Source: a virus (Duplodnaviria > Heunggongvirae > Uroviricota > Caudoviricetes). Taken from it: a stretch of 48,692 nucleotides of DNA. Below, piece after piece: positions 30,629 through 40,030 of this stretch (position 1 is the first letter of the stretch; each line of letters starts with the position of its first letter). Location: the IMG/VR virus record IMGVR_UViG_2654588006_000004. One strand, written 5' to 3'. Both the position numbers and the translations under genes were made by a program. The notes beneath the pieces were generated by a model. It was not told the origin of the DNA. It did not search any database and saw nothing but the letters and a program-made list of their open reading frames with translations.

Positions 30629-31057
30629 TCAGGGTTTAAAATCCAGCACCCCATTTTGAAATACTTTATATACTTCCGGCGAAGGGGGGGCAGGTATATC
30701 AGCATTCTTTATCGCATTCATCGCTTCACGACATAAATCGAGGTCTCCACTTTCTCTTTTAACCTCCAGTAGAAGGCCATTCGGGGCCATATGCATTCTC
30801 AGTGTACACTCTTTTCCTGAATACTTACTCGCATCCCCGAACTGTTTTTCGATGGCGCTCTTGATTTGATGGGCATACAGACGGATATCCTCACTAACAT
30901 CAGAAGTACGTTCAGATGAACTCACATACTGTGTCTCTATTGCTTTATCGGAGTAATATGATGTACGGTCATGATAATTTGTCGATACAGCATCAGTGCA
31001 CCCGATAATAATCCCACTAATAATCAACGTAAGAATTGATGCGCTACGAAAACCCAT
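30629..31057 (-). CDS. Lipoprotein with TolA-domain-III-like C-terminal domain (paralogue 1)
   Basis: 142 aa; lipobox IIGC; C-terminal ~85 aa align closely with the recalled E. coli TolA C-terminus (QIKSAIE...CTLR...LAPDG.LL..K.E.GD..LC...PSP.VY.VF.N..LDFKP). Confidence 0.7.
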   Translation of the reverse strand: MGFRSASILTLIISGIIIGCTDAVSTNYHDRTSYYSDKAIETQYVSSSERTSDVSEDIRLYAHQIKSAIEKQFGDASKYSGKECTLRMHMAPNGLLLEVKRESGDLDLCREAMNAIKNADIPAPPSPEVYKVFQNGVLDFKP

Positions 31058-31645
31058 TTTTCCTCACATATGTCATATAGTAAAGGATTATATATACCGT
31101 TGTTTTGGACGCTCAAACAGCGAATCAGATCAAATAAAACGCACATTTGTTAACATTTACACAAAGTCTGCGTGGGATATTCTGAAAGAAGATCCATAAT
31201 GTGGAGAGAATCTATTGAAGTGCATGGTGCCGGGTGCCTCCCGGTGAACAAAATGTTCGTGATACCTGTCGGCGACAGAAAAGGTTAATGGTATCACCCC
31301 ACCGCACAGGGGGATTCACCATGCAGGAGTTTTCTTAGCAAACTCACTGCGCGCCCGGCAACTCCCAACCACATAAAATGCGGAGTTTGTGGCATTTATG
31401 CATATAACTCGCAGGAATTAACTTAAAAAACTGATGTCGATCCGGATTAAAAAGAAGCAGGTCATCATCAGATGACTGGAAAAAAGGAAAACAAAAAATA
31501 CTCATCATACCGTTTTGATTGCAGGGATGAGCCTGCTATGCACAATATGCAGAATATAAGCAAGATAAAAATATGCAGGCATATTATTTCGGATTTTGTT
31601 ATTAACACAACCTTTTTAATAATCATTTGGCATACAATAAACCAG

Positions 31646-31674
31646 CCCAAAAAGAACCGCCTAAACAGGCGGTT
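31646..31674 (-). terminator. Hairpin AACCGCC/GGCGGUU plus U-tract on the minus transcript
   Basis: Plus strand cccaaaaaGAACCGCCtaaacAGGCGGTT; on the minus strand the stem is followed by CUUUUUGGG. Confidence 0.4.
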
Positions 31675-31994
31675 GGTCAATACAAAGGATGCTTCGTCTT
31701 TATTATAGTAATCTGAGGCGTCGGGTGTCTTGTATCAGACAACATATTGTCCCGCTAAACAGCGAATTACAAACCACCCTGCAATGATCTCTCATCTCAT
31801 TTTATATGAGTTGACGACATCAGGATAACGCATCATCAGCCCCTGCCAAGAAATATCAAAACTCCCGCCAGCAATGTGTTATCACAATATTGTAAAAAAA
31901 ACACAGCACCGAAACTATAACTGGTCTCTGTTATAATTTGGAGCAGAAAGACCAGTTGCCCAACTAGCAGCATTCTCCCCTGCTTTCCTGACGT

Positions 31995-32021
31995 AAAAAA
32001 ACCGCATTAAGCGGTTTTTTT
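31995..32021 (-). terminator. Symmetric intrinsic terminator about 80 nt downstream of the Q-like gene (candidate tR')
   Basis: A7-ACCGC-ATTAA-GCGGT-T7; flanking A and T runs make it bidirectional. Confidence 0.6.
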
Positions 32022-32101
32022 ACGATGTCCATGTCTGCAATCCGCCTCGCGATACAGCTTTGCAAAGCATAGCAAAATTGAAGCAGTTTATACGTAAGAA
32101 A

Positions 32102-32644
32102 TCAAGCCATTTTCTCAGCAAATGATTCACGCATGGGAATATATAGGGCATACTCAGCAACAGCTAACCAATTAGCAATCCGTTTTTCGCATGTGCTAAA
32201 ACACCACTCTGGGTGTGCATCATTTAGCAGTTCAGCCATTTTGCGCTTAGTCATCCCCCGCCCTTCATAGCGTTGCCGGAGAATGCAAATCAATCCTGGA
32301 TGCTCTGCCAGCACCTCACTTATGACTCGATCAATACATAACGCCTCTGCATCAGTACAATGCGCCAGCCAGCTCTTTTGCTTGCCGTTGATCATCTCTC
32401 GCAAAAACGCTTCCAGCTCAGCTTTCTCTATTCCCGCTTTTTTCATTCTGCGCAGGGCTTCATTAATGGCTGTTTTCGTCAGTTTTTTGGATGCCAACAA
32501 CTGATTGAACATATTCCCTGACCTGCCACCGCCAATATACGACCAGCGCCCCCACATACGTAGTTTTCCCTGAATCCAGACACTTTCCAGCGTGGTGAGG
32601 CGAAGGTGTTCTCCGCTTTTTCCTGTATTCGTTGGGTAAATCAT
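32102..32644 (-). CDS. Late-gene antiterminator Q-like protein
   Basis: 180 aa; LRMWGRW motif resembles the LERWGAW of phage-82-type Q; Cys pairs (CTDAEALC, CFSTC); immediately upstream of a terminator and the late region. Confidence 0.5.
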   Translation of the reverse strand: MIYPTNTGKSGEHLRLTTLESVWIQGKLRMWGRWSYIGGGRSGNMFNQLLASKKLTKTAINEALRRMKKAGIEKAELEAFLREMINGKQKSWLAHCTDAEALCIDRVISEVLAEHPGLICILRQRYEGRGMTKRKMAELLNDAHPEWCFSTCEKRIANWLAVAEYALYIPMRESFAEKMA

Positions 32645-32931
32645 AAATGACCTTTCTTTCTCCAGATTTCTTGTGTGCGAAAAACCCCTTCAGCATGCAT
32701 CAGGCGCAATTTTTCTTTGGTGTAATCGCTGGTTTTTACCCGCCCGTCGATTAGATCGTGGCATGAGCTACAGGCTATCGCCGCCTGCATATCGTGTGGT
32801 TTTGTCGCTGTTCCGCACGTCCCCGCCAGCCTGTAATGCGCCAGCACAGAGGTTTCGGGATTGTGATTGCAGTAGCCAGGGATTCTGATCTGGCACATCT
32901 GGCCTTTAGCCGCTTTACGTAAATTCACCAT
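32641..32931 (-). CDS. Cys/His-rich small protein, nin region (possible Zn-binding)
   Basis: 96 aa with C-x-n-C and CSSCH clusters; overlaps the Q-like start by 4 nt. Confidence 0.45.
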   Translation of the reverse strand: MVNLRKAAKGQMCQIRIPGYCNHNPETSVLAHYRLAGTCGTATKPHDMQAAIACSSCHDLIDGRVKTSDYTKEKLRLMHAEGVFRTQEIWRKKGHL

Positions 32932-33530
32932 TACGCAAACTCCAGTAGTTCTGCGGCCACATTTTCAACTTCCTCCTGAGAGGAGAATTTACGGAACAGA
33001 ATCCAGTTCCACAGCACATTCAGTACAGATTTATAAACCTGCCGAAACTCGACTTCGTCCATATTCGCAAAAGCGATGGATTTTGCCCGACGCCCACGGC
33101 TACCGTCCGGATAAATATGCTCGGTGTAAAATCCGGCCTGAATGGTTACCCACTCGCGGAAAGCCTCAAACGACTTTAGCAACGCCGTATCCCGGGTTCT
33201 ACGAGTCGCAACGGTGTTAAGGTATTGCTCTGCGGCTTCGCTCAGAGCTGGCGTATGTTCCCGGCCAACTGATTCACATAGGTAATCAACGAATCCTGAA
33301 ACCAGCTTTCGTTCGCGAGGCGTGATCGCCCCACCGACCGGAGTCCAGTAATCGAATCCCAGTTGCAGGAGTTTGAAAAAACGCTTGTGGAATGCGTAGT
33401 TACGCACACGCTTAAAGTCTGCGTGTATCCACTCGCCTATTTTGATTTGATGCAGAAAATCACAACTCTCCGGCGTCGCCGGGAGAAGTAATCCGGAAGA
33501 GGTTTGTTTGACCAGTTGTATATGCGCCAT
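32931..33530 (-). CDS. Conserved lambdoid nin-region hypothetical protein
   Basis: 199 aa; coupled to the downstream Cys-rich gene; family not verified. Confidence 0.45.
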   Translation of the reverse strand: MAHIQLVKQTSSGLLLPATPESCDFLHQIKIGEWIHADFKRVRNYAFHKRFFKLLQLGFDYWTPVGGAITPRERKLVSGFVDYLCESVGREHTPALSEAAEQYLNTVATRRTRDTALLKSFEAFREWVTIQAGFYTEHIYPDGSRGRRAKSIAFANMDEVEFRQVYKSVLNVLWNWILFRKFSSQEEVENVAAELLEFA

Positions 33531-34113
33531 TTCTCAATCTCTCGATGGCGCAGCGCAGCAGATGCCAGTTGTTCAGGCTGACGTATGAAGTATAAATAAA
33601 CTGGCTCCAGTGTAAAGCCCCCACCTTAATGGAATAAAAACCAAACAACAGATTGCTGGGATACAAACAACGCTTATTATTAAAAGCGGTTAAACAAATT
33701 AAATTTTAATGTTATGCAAATCTGCCAGATCACCATAATATCTCATTTGAAAACCGCTGAAATAACAACCCTACCAGGGTTAAGAATATTAAGGTGAGTA
33801 AATATGGAAAACAACAAATTTGCACATTACGTTCCTTTTTTATCTGTAATACTTTTTGTTTTATGCTGTGCGTGGGCATTATTTTTATAAAAATATTCAC
33901 AGATAAAATATACCTGCCAAAGCTGATTAAGTGCGGGTGCGTTGAGGAGGCCTGACACATCAGAGGTGGCGAGGGATTCTTCATCATCTAACCAGCAACC
34001 TTAACTTTGGGATTCACTAATTTAAGTACGCTAAAGGTGTTAAAACCCCGAGCCACCCAGGGACTGCTTGAAAAGTATATAAAAATCAATATCAACTATC
34101 GATTTTACCTAAA

Positions 34114-34127
34114 TGTTATGATATAAA
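34114..34127 (+). promoter_or_regulatory. Candidate extended -10 element (TGTTATGAT / TATAAA) for the island gene
   Basis: TG-n-TATGAT at 34114-34122, overlapping TATAAA at 34122-34127, about 60 nt upstream of the ATG; no good -35. Confidence 0.25.
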
Positions 34128-34184
34128 AAGTTAGCGTATCATTACGCATCCACAATATTCGAAGGTTTCCATATTCAATGTAAG

Positions 34185-36659
34185 ATGTCGACAAAGGCCT
34201 ATTATTCTATGGATATCATAACAAAAATCATTGAAGACGCTCAAAAATTACAGTTATCCTCTGCAAATGAAGCTGAAACACGCCTTAAGATCATAGATCA
34301 AATACTCTTTGAAGTATTGAAGTGGACTAGGGATGATGTATCGGTAGAAACTCGAGTTAGCGAAGATGGCGAGACTACTTTTGCTGATTATGTCATTAAA
34401 ACAGCAAGTACTGCGTTTATAATTGAAGCAAAAAAAATTGGTCAGGCATTCGACACAAAACAATTCGATAGGAGACTGAAACTCAACAACAATAATCTTT
34501 CCGGTCCTTTTGGAGATGCCATAATTCAAGCAAGAGATTATTGTAGAAAACTGAGCATTCAATTTGCTGTTGTAACTAATGGTGAACAATGGGTTATATT
34601 CCCAGCAAATAGAACGGATCAAGTTGCATTCAACTCATCTTACGCAATTGTATTTAACAATTTACAAAGTGCACTTAAAGATGACTATACAGAATTTTAT
34701 GACTTATTATCAAGAAAAGCAGTTATAAACTCTAGCCTTGAAGTTACTTTATTAGGCAACAGGGAAGATCAAATAGAAGAAAGACGCTTAAAAAATACAG
34801 TCCGTAAAAGTATCTCTTATGATGCAAAGAATCCAATATACCCATTAGTCGAAGAAGCAATTATCACTTCATTTTCAGATACAATAACAGAAATCGACAA
34901 TGATCTTTTTGAAAGATGTTATGTAAATACTCCTGACAGGATGAAATTTGATAGGCGTATTAATATGCACATATCAAAAAGTCAACACCTCTTTAGTACG
35001 GCGCCTATAAGACCGATGCAAAAAAGAGATGCTAATGTTTTTAAAGAATCACTATTACGAGCAAAAAAGAATTCAAAACCTTTAGCTATTGTTATATTAG
35101 GAACTGTTGGCGCAGGTAAAACCACATTTTTACATTACACACGAAATATATCTGCCGCATCGTATTTCGAAAAATCAAATAATAAACCCTATCCTCATTG
35201 GATAAAGGTGGATTTTTTACAATACACGAATGACGAGTCCCCTATAGACTACATTTATAATATAATAAAAAACTATATTATAAGTGATCCATTTTTTTGC
35301 AATTATGAGCTATGCATACAGAACGCATACAAAGATGAGATAACTTCTATAAAAAAAGGACCTGCATTTCTTATTGCGAAGGATGAAGAAAAAATCAATC
35401 AACTAATTACAAACAAGCTACAAGCTGATTTTGACAAAGTTAAGCCATATGCTGATACTTTAATCAGCTATGCAACGAAAAACACACCTGTTTTTCTTGT
35501 TGTGGATAACGTTGATCAACTCAGCGAAGAAGTCCAATCTCAAATTTTCACTGATTGTGTAGCATTTTCCCAGAGACTCAAATGTAATCTTGTTATATCA
35601 TTACGTAATTCTACATATGTTGAACACCGTAACTCCCCAGCGTTTAACGCATTTGATTTCGATCCTATTCTTATTGAACCACCAAAAGTAGAGGCTGTTT
35701 TATCTAAACGTTTTTTCTTAGCCAAAAATATGCTTGAAGGAGAAGAAGGTGATTTTCTTTCAGATAATGGGATAAGATTTCACGTTGATAACAAAGCCGA
35801 TTTAATAAGCTTATTACAAAGCTCTGTTTTAGGAACAGAAATCGGCAATTTACTTGAAGTACTTGCTGCCGGAGACATCAGAAATGCACTAAGAATGACA
35901 AGAGAATTTATTGAACATGGTTATACAAATCCAGGTAAAGCTATGCGAATATATAGTGAAGGTGGCAACTATATATTGCCTAAGCATGAGGCTCTCAGAG
36001 CGATACTGCTAGGGAACCAAGCTGTATATTCAGAGGCTTATTCATTGGTTGGCAACCCATTTGATTCAAGACTGGGAAGGACCAACTTCCAACTTTTGAG
36101 ACTATTCGTTTTAGCAGCATTAGTCCAATATAGTGCTGATCCTGCATTTCAATATATCGACGGAATTGACATCCGAAAACAACTTAGAAAAATTGGTGTC
36201 GGTGATGATGACTCAATTGCCATACTGCGTGATTTATGTAAATTACGCTTTATAAGCACGGCTGGTCATGATGTACCAGAATTCAAATCAAGTTTTTATC
36301 CTACAAGACTTGGGGGATATATTACTAAGGAGCTAATCAGTAATTTTACATTTGTTGAATGTACTATGATGGACTCATTCATTGCGAACGAAAAAGTTTG
36401 GGAAGATCTAAAAGGATTTGAACGTTTAATTATAAACTCCTCCAGCGATGTAATCAAAAGACTAGAATATAGAAAGGAACGAGCACAAATATTTTTTGAT
36501 TATATGCTAGAACTATATAGTTCGCTGCTTGAGGAAGCCAATAAACGTGTATTACCTAAAGAATGGCGCACCAATCCTTTGCAGGAAGCTAGATATTCCT
36601 TCATTGAAAATCTAAACAAAGCCCTGCAATCAGCACAGAGAAATTACGGGGAAAAATAA
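34185..36659 (+). CDS. Large nuclease/NTPase fusion: N-terminal HsdR-N/Mrr-like PD-(D/E)xK signature + P-loop NTPase + C-terminal helical domain; candidate defence protein
   Basis: 824 aa; FADYVIK...FIIEAKK (D68, E81, K83); Walker A GTVGAGKT (aa 306-313); Walker B-like VFLVVDNVDQL; sensor-2-like GDIRNALR; AT-rich; opposite strand to neighbours; own terminator. Confidence 0.7.
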   Translation: MSTKAYYSMDIITKIIEDAQKLQLSSANEAETRLKIIDQILFEVLKWTRDDVSVETRVSEDGETTFADYVIKTASTAFIIEAKKIGQAFDTKQFDRRLKLNNNNLSGPFGDAIIQARDYCRKLSIQFAVVTNGEQWVIFPANRTDQVAFNSSYAIVFNNLQSALKDDYTEFYDLLSRKAVINSSLEVTLLGNREDQIEERRLKNTVRKSISYDAKNPIYPLVEEAIITSFSDTITEIDNDLFERCYVNTPDRMKFDRRINMHISKSQHLFSTAPIRPMQKRDANVFKESLLRAKKNSKPLAIVILGTVGAGKTTFLHYTRNISAASYFEKSNNKPYPHWIKVDFLQYTNDESPIDYIYNIIKNYIISDPFFCNYELCIQNAYKDEITSIKKGPAFLIAKDEEKINQLITNKLQADFDKVKPYADTLISYATKNTPVFLVVDNVDQLSEEVQSQIFTDCVAFSQRLKCNLVISLRNSTYVEHRNSPAFNAFDFDPILIEPPKVEAVLSKRFFLAKNMLEGEEGDFLSDNGIRFHVDNKADLISLLQSSVLGTEIGNLLEVLAAGDIRNALRMTREFIEHGYTNPGKAMRIYSEGGNYILPKHEALRAILLGNQAVYSEAYSLVGNPFDSRLGRTNFQLLRLFVLAALVQYSADPAFQYIDGIDIRKQLRKIGVGDDDSIAILRDLCKLRFISTAGHDVPEFKSSFYPTRLGGYITKELISNFTFVECTMMDSFIANEKVWEDLKGFERLIINSSSDVIKRLEYRKERAQIFFDYMLELYSSLLEEANKRVLPKEWRTNPLQEARYSFIENLNKALQSAQRNYGEK

Positions 36660-36660
36660 A

Positions 36661-36700
36661 AAAAAGCCACACCTTACGGTGTGGCTCCTCTGTTGGTTTT
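36661..36700. terminator. Bidirectional intrinsic terminator between convergent genes
   Basis: A5-GCCACACC-TTAC-GGTGTGGC followed by TCCTCTGTTGGTTTT; A-run on the other side serves the minus strand. Confidence 0.7.
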
Positions 36701-36758
36701 ATAGGATCATTCCTTTTTGAGGTGGTCATTATATTCCCTATCTATTTTCCTGGCAATA

Positions 36759-37178
36759 CTAATTTCCTTGATAAAACGCCAGCACTCGCTGCATAGCTTC
36801 GCTTTTCCGGCACTCGCGACAGATTATGTTCAGACGCCTGTCGTAGCGGCGTATTTCTCCGTCTGGTAATGACCAGATAAGGTCCGGATCAACCACAGAT
36901 AGTTTCTTCACCTTTGCCCTAGATAGTTTTTTGCGGGCATTTTGCCAATCCTTACGAGCCTGTTCAGACGGGAATAACCCGTAACCAGAGTTGTATACAT
37001 CGCCACTGGCAACCAGCTCTCTGGCGAGAACGCTCATCAGATATCTTGTCGCACCTGTCTTGGCTTCCAGTTGCCGTAACGTCTCGCGCCCACTCCGGCG
37101 TACTAGCTCAACAACCTGCCCTTTAATTTTTTCCCGCTCTTCTTGTGTAAATACTTTTGCCATAAGCGCCTCCGGCAA
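36759..37178 (-). CDS. Hypothetical protein, possible HTH
   Basis: 139-aa ORF downstream of the ydaW-like gene; basic C-terminus. Confidence 0.45.
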   Translation of the reverse strand: MPEALMAKVFTQEEREKIKGQVVELVRRSGRETLRQLEAKTGATRYLMSVLARELVASGDVYNSGYGLFPSEQARKDWQNARKKLSRAKVKKLSVVDPDLIWSLPDGEIRRYDRRLNIICRECRKSEAMQRVLAFYQGN

Positions 37179-37940
37179 TCACTTTTCCGATACAACACGG
37201 CGGGAAGAATCAGTAATCTGTCGAACAATATCCCGGTGCTTGTTCAGCTCCCGCAGCGCGGCGCAGACTCGCTCCCACTTCTGGACATGATTTTTCGCCC
37301 GACGCAGTTCGCGGTTTGCCATATGCAGCGATGGCAAAATCAGGTCATCAGCTCGCGTTTCAGTAAACGATGGCAGCGACTGCACAATGTCCGCCACAGT
37401 TTCTGTTTTAATATTTTCCTGTGTTGCCGCTTCCTGTACTGGTAACGCAACACCGGCTGGCTGAGGAAAGGTTTTACCATCATTTTTCGTTACCAATGCA
37501 GCTTTCGGTTCTGCTGGTAAATTATCGCCCGCCATGCAGTAACGAAATTTACCGCCCTGATTTACGCGAATCAGACGACCTTTGCTGATTGCCATTGCCA
37601 GCGTTGAAGCCACTTTGCGTGATGTGGTACCAAACAATGTAGCCAGCTCATCAGCCGTTTGTGGTCCTCGTTGTTCAATCGTCGCGGTTAAATCGCACTC
37701 TGAGATTTTCGCTACTGTTGCTGTGGTGATTTCTTCCGGCAGTTCTGCCTGCGCTGGCTGTTCCTGCTGAACATTGTTATCAGCCACACGCCAGGTGTAC
37801 GCGCTTTTATCAACAAAACCAGCCTTTTTCAGTTCCCATAGTTCGTTCAGCACTTCTTCACGACTGATATCAAGTCGCGCAGCAAGTTCTATGGATGTGG
37901 CTTTTCCCATTGCTTTCAGTGCGTCAAAAACAGTCTCCAT
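37179..37940 (-). CDS. YdaW-like protein with two predicted winged-helix segments
   Basis: Track ORF 37179-37991 overlaps ydaV; start at 37940 ([23 protein letters not shown]...) more likely. Confidence 0.5.
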   Translation of the reverse strand: METVFDALKAMGKATSIELAARLDISREEVLNELWELKKAGFVDKSAYTWRVADNNVQQEQPAQAELPEEITTATVAKISECDLTATIEQRGPQTADELATLFGTTSRKVASTLAMAISKGRLIRVNQGGKFRYCMAGDNLPAEPKAALVTKNDGKTFPQPAGVALPVQEAATQENIKTETVADIVQSLPSFTETRADDLILPSLHMANRELRRAKNHVQKWERVCAALRELNKHRDIVRQITDSSRRVVSEK

Positions 37941-37962
37941 TAAATTTTTCTCCCGGTAAAAA

Positions 37963-38709
37963 TTACTTCGCAATTCCTGGCTGGACGACATTCGGACGCC
38001 AGCTCTCCCAGTTAAAATTCACCCATCGCCCGCCGTTCATGGTCATGCGATCCATAATCCGCTCGCCGAGCAATGTTTTCATGGCCTCATAGTTCAGGTT
38101 TGTCAGCATCCCCACGCTGCGCATCGACGCTGTCCGGCGATCAACAATCTGGTGCAGTACCACCTGCTCGTTTTTCGTCTCGCGCTGAATGCCAATTTCA
38201 TCAAGAACCAGCAGATCCACTTCGCACAGTTCCCGCAAAAATTTTTCGCCTGACTGCCCATCGTCATAGCTGGCGTGCAGGGCACTCATAACATCAGCCA
38301 CGGTAACCACAATCACTGTCTGACCGTCTTTCAGCAGGCGATTCCCGATAGCTGCCGCTAAGTGGTTCTTCCCGGTACCAGGTTTTCCGCTGAACGCAAA
38401 ATTTGTACACCCGGTCATCAGTTCATCAGCGATGGATTTCGCCTGACTCAACGCGTATCGCTGCCCTTCGTTCTGCACCTGGTAATTCGAAAACGAGCAT
38501 TTGCGGTGCAATGGCTGGATGCCAGAGCGATTCAGAATTTTTTCCACCCGCAACTGACGATTCTGACGGTTGATCTCCTCACAACGTTTCTGGCCTTCGG
38601 AAAGTTGCCACTCGCGCCACTCCGCTACCGTCTTGAATGGCGCGGTTACATGTGACGGGGCCAGTCTGCGGATACGTTCAAGAACATCGCCTGTCGCAAT
38701 ATTTTTCAT
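37963..38709 (-). CDS. ydaV: DnaC-like helicase loader (replication protein)
   Basis: 248 aa; Walker [16 protein letters not shown] and Walker B LLVLDEIG; matches recalled Rac YdaV. Confidence 0.9.
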   Translation of the reverse strand: MKNIATGDVLERIRRLAPSHVTAPFKTVAEWREWQLSEGQKRCEEINRQNRQLRVEKILNRSGIQPLHRKCSFSNYQVQNEGQRYALSQAKSIADELMTGCTNFAFSGKPGTGKNHLAAAIGNRLLKDGQTVIVVTVADVMSALHASYDDGQSGEKFLRELCEVDLLVLDEIGIQRETKNEQVVLHQIVDRRTASMRSVGMLTNLNYEAMKTLLGERIMDRMTMNGGRWVNFNWESWRPNVVQPGIAK

Positions 38710-38715
38710 GGTCAG

Positions 38716-39573
38716 TTACCCCCTGAAGCCTGGCGGGATCGCACTATCCGGTAACGAGACGGTGTTAACCTGTCGGAGTAACGTCTCAGGTCGAACACCT
38801 TTCGGCGCGAACAAGCCCTGGTATTCATTGGCGATGCTGTGTCGAATCACCTGCTCAGGTGAAAAACCCTGCTGGCGGAATTTTTCCAGCTCCCGTATCG
38901 CCCCGTTAGCGCCCTGCTCCGTTCGAATCGGTTTTCGCAATGCCTGGCGAAATTCAACCCACTCACGCCAAAGCGAGACAGAAATCCAGTTCGGCAAAGC
39001 AATATCCAGAGGGTCAAACTTTTTGACACCTCGATTCCCCCGGGGGGGATTTAGGGGGGGATCTGTTTTTAGATCTTTATCTGTATCTTTATTAGTTGCC
39101 TTTGTGTTGACATCATGTTCAAACACCACTTCAACATCTGTTTGAACACCTGTTAAATTTCTCTCTTGTTTTGTTTGAACATCTGCTTCCTTTCTGCTTC
39201 TTCTGGCCTGAACAGATGCTTTTCCTGCGGCTGATTTTTTGGTTAATTTTTCCCTGACTGATGCCAGATCTTCCTCAATCCGAAGATGCACCCATTCCTC
39301 GCCGTTATCGCAAAAAAACTCCTGCAAGGATGGTTCAACATCAGCCCATCGCTCGTTAGTCAGACGGGCAATTTTTGCCAGCCTGTTTTTAGGTATTGGC
39401 TTTCCTGTTTGCCAGTAATTGAACATCAGCAACAAATACGCACCATGCTCCTCTGCTGACAAATGCATGGTGTCAGCCAGGTAATCAGCTATGTACAGTT
39501 GCATGTATGGTAATGCGGCCATAATTGCCCCGTATGATGCTGCCCGGTGGCTTAGAATAAGCACAAACAGCAT
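38716..39573 (-). CDS. ydaU: Replication initiation O-like protein
   Basis: 285 aa, same length as recalled Rac YdaU; upstream of the DnaC-like gene. Confidence 0.8.
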   Translation of the reverse strand: MLFVLILSHRAASYGAIMAALPYMQLYIADYLADTMHLSAEEHGAYLLLMFNYWQTGKPIPKNRLAKIARLTNERWADVEPSLQEFFCDNGEEWVHLRIEEDLASVREKLTKKSAAGKASVQARRSRKEADVQTKQERNLTGVQTDVEVVFEHDVNTKATNKDTDKDLKTDPPLNPPRGNRGVKKFDPLDIALPNWISVSLWREWVEFRQALRKPIRTEQGANGAIRELEKFRQQGFSPEQVIRHSIANEYQGLFAPKGVRPETLLRQVNTVSLPDSAIPPGFRG

Positions 39574-39585
39574 GGAAACTTTTGC

Positions 39586-40008
39586 TTAATGAACAATGAC
39601 AGAATCGTCGGAAGAACCGCCGCCGCTGAAATGCGCTTTCCGGTAAACGGCTTGGACTGCATCATCATGCGCATCAATTGCCGTACTTAACGCTTCCTGC
39701 GCCGCCAGTAATGCACGGCGTTCCAGGGTATCGAAGATGCAGAGTCGGTGACGCAGCTCGCGCGGAAGGATTGCCAGAATTGCTGGGATCAGCTTCTGAA
39801 TTTTTTCTCTTTGCGTTTTCGTTTCACCTTTCAACCAACGGTGATAGATATTCTGCTGATTGTTCCAGTCCTTGCCTGGAACCAGGGGCAATTCGCCGCC
39901 CCCCTGGCGCAGATATTCTTCAGTAATTGCATTGGCTACCCATGCCTGCCCTTTTTCGGCTGCTAGGGCAAACAACACTGATTCGATGTGCTCATGCTTG
40001 ATTTTCAT
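39586..40008 (-). CDS. ydaT: YdaT (CII-like regulator / toxic protein)
   Basis: 140 aa; matches recalled Rac YdaT; follows ydaS. Confidence 0.85.
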   Translation of the reverse strand: MKIKHEHIESVLFALAAEKGQAWVANAITEEYLRQGGGELPLVPGKDWNNQQNIYHRWLKGETKTQREKIQKLIPAILAILPRELRHRLCIFDTLERRALLAAQEALSTAIDAHDDAVQAVYRKAHFSGGGSSDDSVIVH

Positions 40009-40030
40009 GAATCATTTGCCTCTTGATGTT

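Noticed and set aside
31200-32000. Possible tRNA genes in the Q-to-lysis intergenic region, as found in some lambdoid phages
   Set aside because: No T-arm (GTTCGAATC-like) motif or cloverleaf-compatible segment found by eye; cannot rule out without a tRNA scan.
33460-33987. Small ORFs 33460-33666 and 33730-33987 (minus) in the AT-rich island leader
   Set aside because: Hydrophobic low-complexity products in AT-rich DNA with no RBS; more likely promoter/leader sequence for the 824-aa gene.
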